Source: an uncultured Planctomycetota bacterium (GTDB taxonomy: Bacteria > Planctomycetota > Planctomycetia > Isosphaerales > Isosphaeraceae). Taken from it: a DNA stretch of 64,000 nt. Positions 44,435 to 56,861 of this stretch are shown in pieces. The stretch covers positions 864,001-928,000 of the forward strand of contig CAWGMQ010000007.1 in assembly GCA_963823665.1 (NCBI GenBank), written 5' to 3'. Numbering within the stretch: position 1 is the stretch's first letter; the number at the start of each line of letters is the position of its first letter. Position numbers and translations under genes: made by a program. The notes beneath the pieces were generated by a model. It worked only from the letters and a program-made list of their open reading frames with translations, had not been told where the DNA came from and ran no database searches.

Positions 44435-46609
44435 ATGCGTAGTGCCCTGAGAACCGCCATTGCACTGCACCGTTCCGGGCACGTGGATCGGGCCGCGTCG
44501 TCGTATCAGGAGCTCCTGGCGAGCGAGCCCCGGAATGCCGACGCGCTCCACTGGTTCGGCATGTTGCTTCTTCAGCAGGGCGACCATGCGCGCAGCTTGG
44601 ATTTGATGACGCAAGCTGTCGCTCTCAAGCCGGATGCTTATCTCTTTCATGGCAACCTCGCCGAAGTGTATCGAGCCGCCGGAGATTTCGTTCGGGCCGA
44701 GGAGAGTTGCCGAGCGGCAATCCGGATCTGGCCGGATTACCCAGAGGCCCTGCTTGGACTCGGCACTTCCTTGACTTCGCTCAAACGGCCCGCCGAGGCC
44801 GTTGTACCTCTGCGGCGCACCGTAGAGCTACAGCCGAGCTTCGTCGTCGCGATCAACAACCTGGGGATTGCTCTCCGAGAGCTGGGCCAGACCCAGGAAG
44901 CCTTGGTGCAGTTTCGACGCGCCGTCGACGTCGAGCCATTGTACGCGCCGGCCCAGACGAATCTGGGCCAGGCCCTCCTCATTCTCGATAAGAAAGAAGA
45001 AGCTCTCGCACACTGCCAGGAAGCCGTTCGGCTCGACCCGAGCTCCGCCGAGATCCACGATAACCTGGGCAACGTCCTCCAGGCGCTCGACCGTCTCGAT
45101 GAGGCCTGGACCGCCTACTGGGAGGCGCTGCGGCTCAACCCCGACCTGCCGCTGGCCAACGCCCACGTCGGGCTGTTGCTCCAGAAGAAGGGCCACTTCT
45201 CCGAAGCCCTTCCCTGGCTGAGAAAGGCTGTGGCTCTCGAGCCGACAACCGCAGGGATCTGGGAATGGCTCGCCGACCTCCACGGGGAAATGGACGAGCC
45301 GGCCGCGGCAATTCCCTGCTGGGAGCGGGTACTGGCCCTGGAACCGGATCGCTCCACGGCCCGGCTCTCGCTGGGGCGAGCTTTACAGGACGAGGGACGG
45401 CTCGCAGAGGCCCGCGAGCAGTATCGGATTGCCGACCTACGCATGCCTCACTCGGGCGCTCCGCAGTTGAACCTGGGCTGGCTCCATGAGCTCCTGGGCG
45501 AGATGGACGAGGCCGAGTCGGCCTTCCGGCAGGCACTCATTCGACAGCCAAACTTCCCCGCGCCTCACGGAAGGCTGGCGACCTTGCTGCGCGGCAAGCT
45601 ATCCCAGGAAGACTTAGCTGCGCTCGAAGCCCGTCTGGCCGACGAGCAACTCGCCGAGAGCCCTCGGGCCCGGTTGCTGTTCGGCTTGGCCCATGTCCTG
45701 GACGCGCAGGGCGAATATGCACGCGCCGCCGTTTGTTTGACCCAGGCCAACGGCATCGCGCTCGAGCTCGCACGCGTCGGCCACAATTACTCTCTTGCCG
45801 AGCACGAACAATATGTTGATGGACTGATGCAATCGTTCAGCCGAGCGCTTTTTGACCGGCTGGTAGACTCAGGCTTGACCACCCGCCGCCCCATTTTCGT
45901 CTTTGGCTTGCCCCGCTCGGGCACAACCTTGATCGAGCAAGTCCTGGCCAGTCACTCTCAGATCCACGGAGCCGGAGAGCTGCGCCTCGCCCGGCAGTCG
46001 TTCGAATCGATCCCGGCGATGATGGGGCACGTCGTCTCGCCGAGGGACTGCATGCCCTTGGTCGGAACGGAGACGATCCGCCGGCTTGCCGAAGCGCATC
46101 TCGACCGCCTGGCCGCGACGGGCGCCGGAAAATCTCTCCGAGTCGTCGACAAGATGCCCGAGAATTACCTGTTCATCGGCCTGCTTTCCATCCTCTTTCC
46201 CCGGGCCACGTTCATCCACTGCCGGCGCGACCTGCGCGACGTGGCCGTGTCATGCTGGATGACCGATTTCAGCAGCATCCGCTGGGCGAATGACCCGTCG
46301 CATATCGCTGACCGGTTCCGGCAGTACTTCCGGATCATGAACTACTGGCGCACCGTTTTGCCGGTGGAGATCCACGAAATCGACTACGAAGACACGGTCA
46401 ACGACCTCGAAGCGGTGGCGCGGCGATTGATCACGGCGGCCGGGCTAGAGTGGGAGCCGGCGTGCCTGGAATTCCACCGCACCGAGCGGCCGGTGCGCAC
46501 CGCGAGTGTCAGCCAGGTACGCCAGCCCGTCTACAAGGGGTCGCTCAATCGCTGGAAGAACTACGAGCCGGCGCTCGCAGAGCTGTTCGCCGCGTTGCCC
46601 GGATTCTAG
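44435..46609 (+). CDS. TPR-repeat sulfotransferase
   Basis: Long TPR array; PAPS motif FGLPRSGTTL, VDKMPEN, RTASVSQVRQP. Confidence 0.92.
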   Translation: MRSALRTAIALHRSGHVDRAASSYQELLASEPRNADALHWFGMLLLQQGDHARSLDLMTQAVALKPDAYLFHGNLAEVYRAAGDFVRAEESCRAAIRIWPDYPEALLGLGTSLTSLKRPAEAVVPLRRTVELQPSFVVAINNLGIALRELGQTQEALVQFRRAVDVEPLYAPAQTNLGQALLILDKKEEALAHCQEAVRLDPSSAEIHDNLGNVLQALDRLDEAWTAYWEALRLNPDLPLANAHVGLLLQKKGHFSEALPWLRKAVALEPTTAGIWEWLADLHGEMDEPAAAIPCWERVLALEPDRSTARLSLGRALQDEGRLAEAREQYRIADLRMPHSGAPQLNLGWLHELLGEMDEAESAFRQALIRQPNFPAPHGRLATLLRGKLSQEDLAALEARLADEQLAESPRARLLFGLAHVLDAQGEYARAAVCLTQANGIALELARVGHNYSLAEHEQYVDGLMQSFSRALFDRLVDSGLTTRRPIFVFGLPRSGTTLIEQVLASHSQIHGAGELRLARQSFESIPAMMGHVVSPRDCMPLVGTETIRRLAEAHLDRLAATGAGKSLRVVDKMPENYLFIGLLSILFPRATFIHCRRDLRDVAVSCWMTDFSSIRWANDPSHIADRFRQYFRIMNYWRTVLPVEIHEIDYEDTVNDLEAVARRLITAAGLEWEPACLEFHRTERPVRTASVSQVRQPVYKGSLNRWKNYEPALAELFAALPGF

Positions 46610-46669
46610 TCGAGCAGGCCGCAACGTGCTTCAATCCGTCGATCGATGCGACCGCGGCCATGAACGCAA

Positions 46670-49600
46670 TCAGCGCGTGACCCGCTTGCCTCCCGTGGTG
46701 ATCGTGAAGACGCCGTTATCGCCCGCAACACCCTTGTTGTTTCCGTCCAGGAACACGCCCGTGGCACTCTCTACCCCATTGGGCGCCCCGGCAGTGACCG
46801 TGATCTGGCCCCCCTTCGCGAAAGCCTGTTTCGTGCCGAGCGTCAGCATCACAGAGTGATCGCTATCACTGTACTGCACGCGGATCGGGACCGGATGATA
46901 GATCTTCTTGGTCGTCTTCTTGACGCGTACGGTCGACACCCAATCCACCTCGAAGTTCTTGGCGTTGCCCGCCGTGGTCGCATTCATCGCCTCGTTGAAC
47001 TCGAGCTTGAATCCGGTCAGCACCGCCTTGCCCACCGGCTTCTTATGGCTGTTCAACTTGCGTGTGAACACAGCTTGCTCGCCGATGATGACAGGCGGTG
47101 CAGGTGGCGGCGGCGGGGGAGGGGGCGGAAGCGTCTCCAACGAAACGGTGGTCGTGGCCTGAGCGCCGATCGGCGTCGGTTGCGTGAAGCCGGTCTTGCT
47201 GACAGCCACGCTGTAGAAACGGTACGAGTTGCCGTCCGCGCCGTCAAAGGTCGTCGACGTCTTGCTGGTATTGACCAACAGCGTCTGGTAGGGCCCGAAG
47301 GTGCTCGAGCCCTTGGCTTCGGTGCTGTAGAACACCGTGTACCCGGCGATGCCGGGACCCGCCCCATCGCTGCCCGACCAGCTCACGTTGAAGCTCGCAC
47401 TCGTTTCCGTGGCCGGTAGCGCGGTGACGCTCGAGGAGGGCGTTGTGTTGTCAATCGTGACCAGCGCCTGCTTGGCCGTCGAGATTCCCTGGCTGGGATC
47501 GGTCTCGCTGACCTGATCGGTGGCGATCGGTTGATTGCTGTCGAAAATGATGTTGGCGACGCTCGCGATCTTCGTACCGGTCGGCAGACCGGCCTTGGGG
47601 GCAACCATGTAGCTGATGAATCCCTGCCCACGGCCGGTGCCATTCTCGGGTGGCAGGAACCCGGCCAGAAGGTCGGGAGGCAACTGCGTTTTTTGATCGA
47701 TCGACCGGAATGTCACCGTCAATAGGCGCGTCGCATAGTCCAGGCTCGCGTTCACGACCACGCCGAAGCTGACTCCATTGTCGGTCATCGGTACGGTCGT
47801 CTGGTAATTCTGACTGCCCGGAGGAATCAAGAGCACGGTGTCGCCGAAGGCGATCTCGGTCAACTGGAATGTGCTCAAATCGAGATTGGGATCGAGCACG
47901 CTGGTGATCAATACCTGCTGCGCAGGAGCGGTTGCGGAAGGTGAATTCTCGAATTCGATCTCGTAGGGGAAGCGTGCATTCGCCGCGCCCGAGACAAAGT
48001 TTGACGGACCGTAGCCCGAAGGGCCAAGCAGTGAATTGGGGTCGATGCTGCCCGCCGTGCTCGCGCTCGACCCACCACTGCTGCTGCTGCTCGGGCTGCA
48101 CGGGCTGCTCGTGAACGTGTTGGTGGTCCAGTGCACGGTCACCGAGACGGGGGGCGGTGGCACATACCCGGGGTTAGACCCAACCGGCGACAGCCGCGAA
48201 TAAATATTGCGCACCGCACCGGTCAGAATCGTCGAGATGATCGAGTGACCTGTGACGATATGATTGATCGCATCGCCCAGGCCGATCCCGAGCCCAATCT
48301 GATTGGCCGGGTTTCCGGGGATCAGCGGGTGCAACGGGCTCCCCGTGTACGGTCCCGAAACGGTTGGGACCACGAACTGGAGATTGGCAACCGACGACCA
48401 GCCCGGTGTGACGTTACCCCACGAGCCCGTGATCGATGCCCCGGCGCCGTTCGCGCCGGCATACCCGCCGTAATACGGATAGATTCCGAAATTCCCATTC
48501 GCGTCGGTGCCGACCTGGATGCCGGCACTACCGCCGATGCCTGGAACGCCAGTGGGCACGTTCAAGGTAAGATAGTAGAGCCCGATCGGGTCGCCATTTT
48601 CGACCGGGTCGTTGCCGGCATACGCCCGCAGGTTGGTGCCGCTGGCGGACTGGCCGAGCGGATCGCCGGTTGTGAACTGCCCGATCGCCGGGTTGTAGCT
48701 GCGGGCCCGCATGTCGAAGAGACCGTTGCCGTCGCTCGAGACGCCGAACTGACCGAGATACGTGAATGGGTTGGCTGCCGTTCCCGAGCTCGATAGTAGA
48801 CTGCCCGACGGCAGATAGCTGTAGCTATTCACGAGCCCGCTGCCTGCGTTCGTGAGCCCGACTGTCGACCCGTCACCGTCAAATTGGTAATAGTTCGTGC
48901 TGCTCGCAGTCGTCTGGCTCAAAAGACCCAGCCCGTAGGTGTAGCTCGCGATCAGATTGCCGGCACCGTTGTACTGGCCGATCACATCCCCCACGCTGTT
49001 GGGATCGACGAGGTTGGTGGTCGTCTGACCGTTGTGAATGGTGGCGGTCCGGTTACCCAGCGAGTCGTACTCATAGACCCAGCTATCCGTCGGTGATGTC
49101 ACGCTGAGCAGGCGATTGAGCGAGTCGTAAGTATAAGTCGTCGTACCCGACCCGTTCGTCGTCGACACCAGGTCGCCATTGGCGTTATACCCGTAGGTCG
49201 TGCCTCCGACTGTCGTGTACTCGTCGACGCTGTTGCTCGTGTAGGACGTCGTCGTCCCGTTCACAATCGTCTGGGTGAGATCGCCGGCTGCGTTATAGGT
49301 ATAACTGAGGTTCTGGCTGGGAATACCGGGATTGGTCGAGCTGAGGGCCGCGTGCACCAGCTCGCCCGCATTGTCATAGCTGTACGTCCAGGTTCCGTCT
49401 TTCGTCGCCAGGGTCATTACCTGGCCAAGTGCGTTGTAAGTGTAGGTGAAGCTGCTGTCGATCGAGCCGTTCGCGGCATAATTGACCAGGTCAAGCAGAT
49501 GCCCGTCCGGGTCGTACGCATCCGTCGAGTAGGTGCCGTCGGCGTTGTCTTCACGAGCCAGCTCGCCGACATTGTTATAGGTATAGGAAGCGATCAGGTT

Positions 49601-52600
49601 GTTGCTGCCGTCGGTGAGCTTGGTCAACTGGCCGAGCGTGTTGTAGGTGTAGTTCACTGTCTGGGTCACGCTCGAACTCTTCACCACCATCTGGCTGCGC
49701 CTGCCGACGGTGTCGTAGGTGTAAGTGAGCGACTGTCCATTCGGGTAGGTCACGCTGAGCAGACGGTCTCCCGTATCGTAGGTGAGCGTGGTGACGCCCG
49801 TGCCATCGGTCGCCGTGATCAAGTTGCCCTGCGTGTCGTACGTGTAGGTCATCGCCGAACCGCCCTGGAGCATGATCCCGCTCACCTGGCCTGCGGCGTT
49901 GTAGGAATAGCTCGTGACCTGCCCATTCGGGTCGGTGAGGGAGAGCTCGTCCCCCAGCGCGTCGTACGCCATGTTCTCGGATGTGCCGTCGGGCGCGAGT
50001 ACGGACGTCAGGTTTCCGTTCCCGTCGTAGTTGTAGCTGGTGGAATCCGCCTGGGGATCGGTGGCGCTTGTGATCAAGTTGTCAGAGCCGCCGTACGTGT
50101 ATGTGGTGGTCTGGCCGAGTGCGTTCGTCACACTCGTCAGCTCGCCCGTGTTCGAATAGGCGTAACTGGTCGTCAAGCCGGTCGGGCCGGTGGCGCTTAC
50201 CAGGTTGAAGCTCGAGTCGTACGTCGCCACGGAAACGTTGCCGAGCGCGTCAACGATCCGGATCAACTCCCCATTGCCGTTGTAGTCGTATAGCGTGGCG
50301 GCGCCCGAGGCGTCGGTAAGCGTCACGCCGCCAACCTGGTACGCGTAGGTCACCGCACTCGCGCCGCCGGCTTGCGACGTCGCCGAAAGCCGGCCCGCCG
50401 AATCGTAGCTGAAGTTGTTCTGCGAGCCATCGGCGTACTTGATCGAGACCAGCGCGTCCTTGGTGGCCGCATTGGAGCCTCCCTGATATCCGTACTGGGT
50501 CACTTCACCGTCAAAGCTCGTCACGCCGATCAGGTGATTGCCGAGGTCGTAGTGGTACGCGACTGTGCGGCCGTCGGAACTCTGGACCGAGGCGATTAGC
50601 CCGGCCGCGTTGTAACCAATTGTGAGTGACGCGACCACGGGATTCGTTGCTGGATCACCGTTCGATGCCTTCAGGCTGCTCAGCCGTCCGGACGTATACA
50701 CGGCAGTGATCCGATTACCGTTGGAATCCTGAATATAGTTGAGGGTGCCGTCGGCGTTGAATGTCTCGGCCTGACCGTTCGTCTCCTGCAGGACGAACGT
50801 GCCGCCGCTCCCCTTGATGAGGATGCCGTGGTCGCCGGGGGTGGCGAAGTAATCGCTGCCGCGGCTGTCAGGCTGGAAGATGCGCTGCTGTCCGGTCGGG
50901 AGGGTGACAGTCACCGTCCCGTCCGCCGCCGCGGTCAATGAATACTGCCAGTTGTCGGTCCAGCCATAGCCGAGTGGTCCAAGCTGCTCGCGAGAGCTTG
51001 TCGGCTCGGCATAACTCCGCACGAAATCCAGCCCGATTTGCCCGGGAACGGCCATGTGAAGATCGTCGACGTTCGACAGGACAGGGCTCGGCGTCAGACC
51101 GTCGACCTGCATGACGGCCAGCGACCAGAGCTGACCGACGTTCGTCACGTTCTGCCCGATCTGGCCCAGATAGGTGGCCTCGTTATCGAGCGCGGTCACG
51201 TAATCGCCGATCGTGGGACCGATCTCGCTTTGAACACCCGCGAAGATGGCCGACCAGGCCTGGGACGAAACGCCTGGCGGCTGCAAGCCGGATTCGACAC
51301 TGCTCCAATCGTTGAGCTTCTGATCCTTCTGGGTGTAGCTGAGCAGTTTGAACTGGAAGTTTGTCTCGGCCAGGTTCCACGGCCGTTGCATGCCGGCATA
51401 GTAGACCGGCACCGTGACCGATTCACCGGGCTCGATCCAGCCCGGAACCTGATTGCCGCTCGCCAGGATCTCGACCGAGGGCGAGTAGCCCACCGGCGCC
51501 GCTGATGTCCAGAAGCCCGAAACGACCAGCGACGAGTCGAGCGTGAGCAACGGCACATCCTGCGGACGGGCCGACTCGAGCACCAGGAGCGGGGCCGCGA
51601 TCGCTGCCGTTCCCACATTCGAGTATTCGACTTCGATCGTCGAGGAGATGTGCCGCCCCATCTTGGCTGGAAGCATCAGATGGGTTTCGAGCATCCCCAT
51701 TCCGCCCTTGGCCGTCACCGTGAACCTGGCCGAAAGCTCCGAGCCAGAGCCGCCAGGATTGCTCGCGACAATCGAGTAGACCCCCTGCGGAACACCGGTC
51801 AGATCGAACGTCGCCGTCAGTTGGGTGAACGTCTCGAGCGCCACTGAGCTGGCCGCATGCGGCGAACCCGCCATCGGCAACAGCGAGACGGTGGTGCCAC
51901 TGTTGAAACCCGAGCCCGTCAAGACAAGCGTGGCTGTGGTGCCGGCGGGCGCCTGCGCGGCGCTACCGCCGTTAACTGGATCGGCGTGCCGGTGGCCGCG
52001 ATCGTGAAGCTGCTGACGGCGGGAACCGACGCCCCGTACGCCAGGATGAACCAGGTGCCCGGCGCGGCGGCCGGGACGAGCAACTGCGGATTGGCCGAGC
52101 CGGTGGACGAGCTGGCACTGTAGTCGACCAGGGTCGGAGGCGATCCCAGCTTGGCATAGAGCTGGTCGACGTCCGTCGACGCGGCGTCATGGAGCGTGAT
52201 CTCTAGCGACTGCGTCGACGGTACCGTGACGGCATAGAGCAGAGCCTGTCCGCTTGCGGTCAACGTCTGGCCCGACAGCGGCGCTCCCAGTGTCAATGGG
52301 CTCACCGATGTCTGCACGACATTGAAGGCATAAGATCCGCCCGGTGATCCGTTGCCGTGAGCCGTCAAGACATACGGGCCGCTGGATGGGAGCGTGATCG
52401 GACTGGAATTTGTCTGCTGGTTGGTGAACGCGGTGTAGCTTCCGGGCCCGGTCAAGTCAAACTCGCTGCCGCCGGACGTGCCGATCACCTGGAGCTCTAT
52501 CTGCTGGCCGGCCGCACCCGTGAACTGATATCGATAGACACTGAATGGGTTGCTGATCGTCCCGGTGTATTCCTGGTTGACGCTCAACAAGGTGACGCTG

Positions 52601-55600
52601 GGCGTGACATCGTAGGCCGAGAGCACGTAGTTGCCGGTGCTCGTACTCTGGGCAGCGGGGGCCGCAACCTGGATCGTGTAGCTGCCGCTGGCCGGCAGCG
52701 TGAATCCCGCGATCGTCGCGAACGCACCCGAGCTGGCGCTCGAGGCCGTCGCCAGTGTGTTGCCTCCCGCGTTGCGCAGCGAGACCTGACCCCAGTTGAG
52801 ATACGGCGCGATCGCCGGGTTGATGCCGCCGGCACCGGGATTGAGCTGAACCGTGATCGATTCTCCGGCCGTCCCGTAGAACGTCCAGTTCTGGGTGGCG
52901 CCCGCGGGCGTCAACGTACCCGGCGTGGGCGTATCAAGCGCGATCGATCCTCCCGACGAGACCACCGTGACCGTCCCGCGAAGAATCGTGCCGCTGATCT
53001 GGTCGCCGCGAACGTAAAGGTGCAAGTTGTTCAGGTCGAGGGTCGCGCCTGCCGGCACGATTAGCTCGCTCGCATACACGGCCTCGGGTTTCCCCGTGGC
53101 CGTGTTCGCCGACTGGTCGACCAGCTCAACGGATGTATTGGCCGTCAGGCTGATCGTACCGTAAGCGAAATTCTTCACGAATCCGGCCTGAACGCCTCCC
53201 AGGTCGGCCGACATTGCCTCCAGAAGCTGCGGAGGATTTGCGGTTCCCGTGCCACTGTCGAATGAGGCGCTCCCCTGCCAGCTATAAGCGTCCGCGTTCG
53301 TGGTATTGCCCAGGAGGTTGCCGCTGATTGCGACAATGCTTCCCACCGCTGTTGTCAGAATGCCCGGGCTGTTGACCGTCAACCCGCCCTGGATGTTCAG
53401 CGTGCCCGTGCTCTGAACACCCAGGTTTCCCTGATCCAGCAGAGTTCCGACCGAAACGGTGCTTGTCCCGCCGGCGATCGACAGCCCGAGACTCGCGGCG
53501 ATCGGGAACGTGCCGCTCGCATCGCCGACGAGGTTGACCGAATTGATCGAGGCCAGGTCCGGATCCTCGAGAATGCCCCCGCCCGTCTCCTGGAGCGACG
53601 AAATGTACCGCTGGCCGGTATGACCCTGAAAGGTCGTCAAGGCAGGCGCGATCAACTGGCTTCCGGATCCGTCGCTCTCGAGCTGGACCGGCCCGCTGAT
53701 GATCTGGGTCAAAAGCGGCAGCGAGACCGCACCTCCGGCGAGGGCCTCGATCTGAACCCCCGAGCTGTAATTCGTCGTGTCCGACGTGAGCGTCGCGAGC
53801 TTTGGAAATAACAATGTGCTGCCGCTTCCCGAGGCCTCGAGAGTCGACAGGTAAGTCACGCCGCCCGCATAGCTCGCCAGCGACGGAAAGCTCAAGTTGG
53901 CGCCCCCGGTCGCTTCCAGGCTGGAGCCATCAGCATCAATAAGCCCCGTGTAGGTCTCGGTCCCCGCGCCCAGGCTCAACGTGCCTACCGTGAACGTCTC
54001 GATCTGATTGATCGACAGTGTGCCGGTGCCGTCGAGCGTCAGATTCGTTTTGTTGATCGTGACGAGCGCCGCGTCGCTGACCGTGCCGTGGTTGGTCGCC
54101 TGCAGGCCGGAGTAATACCGCTGGCCGGCGTTGCCTTGAATCGACGTGAGCACGTTGATGTCGAGTGTGCTACCCGATCCGTCGCTCTCCAGTTGCACGG
54201 GGCCACCGCTGATCGTTGTCAGCTCGGGCAGCTCGACGTCTCCGCCGGCGAGCGCCTGCACCTGAGTCAGCGAACTGTACGAGCCGGTGTCCTCGGTGAT
54301 CGTGGTCAGCTTGGGCATCGACAGCAAGCTGCCCGCGCCCGTGGCCTGCCAGGTCGCCGTGCTATTGACTGCACCGGCGTAATTCACAAGGGACGAAAGC
54401 GTCAGCTTGCTCGCGCCGCTCACAATGAAGCTGGAATTGTCGGCGTCGGTCAGGCCGCTCAGATTGGCGGTGCCACCGCTCAGGCTCACCGTGGCGACGT
54501 TGAACGTCGCGATCTGACCGACTGAGATCGTGCCCGTGCCGTCCAGCGTCAGGTTCGCTTTCTGGAGCGTGATGAGAGCCGCATCGGTGACGGCCCCCTG
54601 ATTGGTCGCCTGGAGGCCGGAGTAAAACTCCTGGCCGCTGTTACCCTGAAAGGTCGTCAGCACATTGATATTGAGCGTGCTGGCGGACCCGTCGCTCTCC
54701 AGTTCAACGGGGCCGCCGGTGATTGTCGCCAGCTTGGGCAGCTCGACATCGCCGCCGGAGACCGCCTGCACTTGCAAGAGCGAAATGTAAGCGCTCGTGT
54801 CTCCCGTCACCTTCGTGAGGGCGGGCAGCGAGAGCCGGCTTCCCGTTCCGGTTGACTGAAGCGTATCCGTGTAGTTCGCTCCGCCGCTGAAAGTCAAGAG
54901 CGCCGGCAGCGAGAGCTGAGATCCCGATGAGACCAGAACACTCGATCCGTCAATCTTGCCGAGCGCGGGGAGACTGAGCGTCGCCCCCTGGTCGACGATC
55001 GTTCCCGCGTCGAACGTCGCCACTTCCGGCACGAGCAGACTACCGCTGTTCGATGCCTGCAGCGTCGATGACGACTGCTGGCCGACGTTGCCGGTTACAC
55101 TTGTCAGTAAAGGAGCATTCAGCTTGCTGCCGCTCCCGTCGCTTTCCAGTTGTACGGGGCCGCCGGTGATTGTCGTCAGCGAGGGCAGCTCGACGTCGCC
55201 GCCGGAAACTGCCTGCACTTGCGTCAGCGAGTCGTAAGCGCTCGTGTCTTCCGTCACCTTCGTGAGGGCGGGCAGCGAGAGCCGGCTTCCCGTTCCGGTT
55301 GCCTGAAGAATATCCGTGTAGTTCACTCGGCCGCTGAAACTCAAGAGCGCCGGCAGCGCGAGCTGAGATCCCGATGAGACCAGAACACTCGATCCGTCAA
55401 TGTTGCCGAGCGCGGGAAGATTGAGCGTTGCCCCCTGGTCGACGATCGTTCCCGCGTCGAACGTCGCCACTTCCGGCACGAGCAGACTTCCGCTGTTAGA
55501 CGCCTGCAGCGTCGATGAATACTGCTGGCCGACATTGCCGGTTACAGTCGTCAGTAAAGGAGCATTCAGCTTGCTGCCGCTCCCGTCGCTCTCCAGTGCG

Positions 55601-56739
55601 ACCGGGCCGCCGCTGATCGTCGCGAGCTTGGCGAGCTCGACGTCGCCAGCCGAGAGCGCCTCGATCAGGGTGTGCGAGTCGTACGAGCCGGTGTCCTCGG
55701 TGATCGCGGCCAGGTTGGTGAACGACAGCAAGCTGTTCGTACCCGTGGCCTCCCACGTCGCGGTGGTGTTGATCGGTCCGGCGTAGCTGGAGAGCGCCGG
55801 AAGCGCGAACGACGCGCCGCTTGTGACCGCAAAACTGGACCCGTCGGCGGCGGTCAAGCCGCTCAAGGTGGTCGTGCCACCGCTGACGGTCACGGTACCG
55901 CCGGAGAGCGTCGCGATCTGGCCGAGCGAAATTGTGCCGGTGCCATCCAGGGTCAGGTTGGCTTGTTTGAGTGTGGCCAGAACGGCGTCGCTGACCGACC
56001 CGTGGTTGGTCGCCTGTACACTGGAGTAGTTGCCTTGGCCGGCGTTGCCCTGGAGGGTTGTCAATGCGTTGATGTTCAGGGTGCTACCGGTGCCGTCGCT
56101 TTCGAGTTGCACCGGCCCGCCGGTGATTGACGTGAGCAAAGGTAGCCCCACGCTGCCGCCGGCGAGCGCTTCGATCTGAATGCGCGAGACGTAGGCGGTC
56201 GTATCTTCTGTGATGGTCGCCAGCTTCGGCAGAGTGAGGACGCTGCCGGCCCCGGTCGCCTCGAGCGTGTCGGTCGAGTTGACCTCGCCACTGTAGCTCG
56301 TCAATGTCGACAGACTTAACGTGGCCCCGCCCTCAGCGAGCAAGCTGCCACCGGAGATGGTCGTCGTTCCCGCGACGGTGGCTGTGAAACTCGAGCCGTT
56401 CGCGACCAGCGCACCGCCCGTCATCGTGAGACCGCCGCTCAGAGTCGAAGCGGCGGCGAGCGTCAACGACCCACCGCTGATCGAGATCGGGTCGCTTGCG
56501 GTCAGCGAGTGGACGGATTGACTTCCCGTCGTGATCTGGATTGTCGGATTTCCGGCGACGTTGATTGTGACGTCGTCACCGGGCGTGGGCACCGCATTGT
56601 TAGACCAGTTGCCCGCGACCGCCCAGCTCTTGCCGTCGGTCGTGCCGGTCCAGCTCACATTGGAAAGGAGGGTTCGTGGCTCGAGCGAGTCGAGTACCAG
56701 TCTCCTGACGGTCGTGACGCGAGACGACTTGCTTCGCAT
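46670..56739 (-). CDS. Giant (~3,350 aa) secreted Rhs/YD-repeat protein; single frameshift near 51955
   Basis: N-terminal LDSLEPRTLLS, solenoid repeats, PPC/Ig-like modules, YD repeats, Rhs core NDPVENGDPIGL, then SIDPN domain, FN3-like domain and C-terminal domain. The two ORFs join across QLTAVAP / QAPAGTTATLVLTGSGF. Confidence 0.88.
53697..56121 (-). repeat. Higher-order intragenic repeats
   Basis: GPVxLESDG anchors at 56121, 55611, 55164, 54717, 54207, 53697 (spacing 510, 447, 447, 510, 510 bp). Confidence 0.9.
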
Positions 56740-56861
56740 GGCGTTGTGCTCCAGGTAAGACGACCCGCACGATTGGCCGGCTTACAGAGAGTGCACCAAC
56801 CCCTGCGATCCTTTCACGGCACGGCAGATGTCGCGAAAATTCAACGCGCACCATCGGCTGC

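Noticed and set aside
51919..51965. Programmed frameshift or two separate genes in the giant Rhs locus
   Set aside because: The break falls within an Ig-like domain, there is no slippery heptamer, and indel errors are common in this contig.
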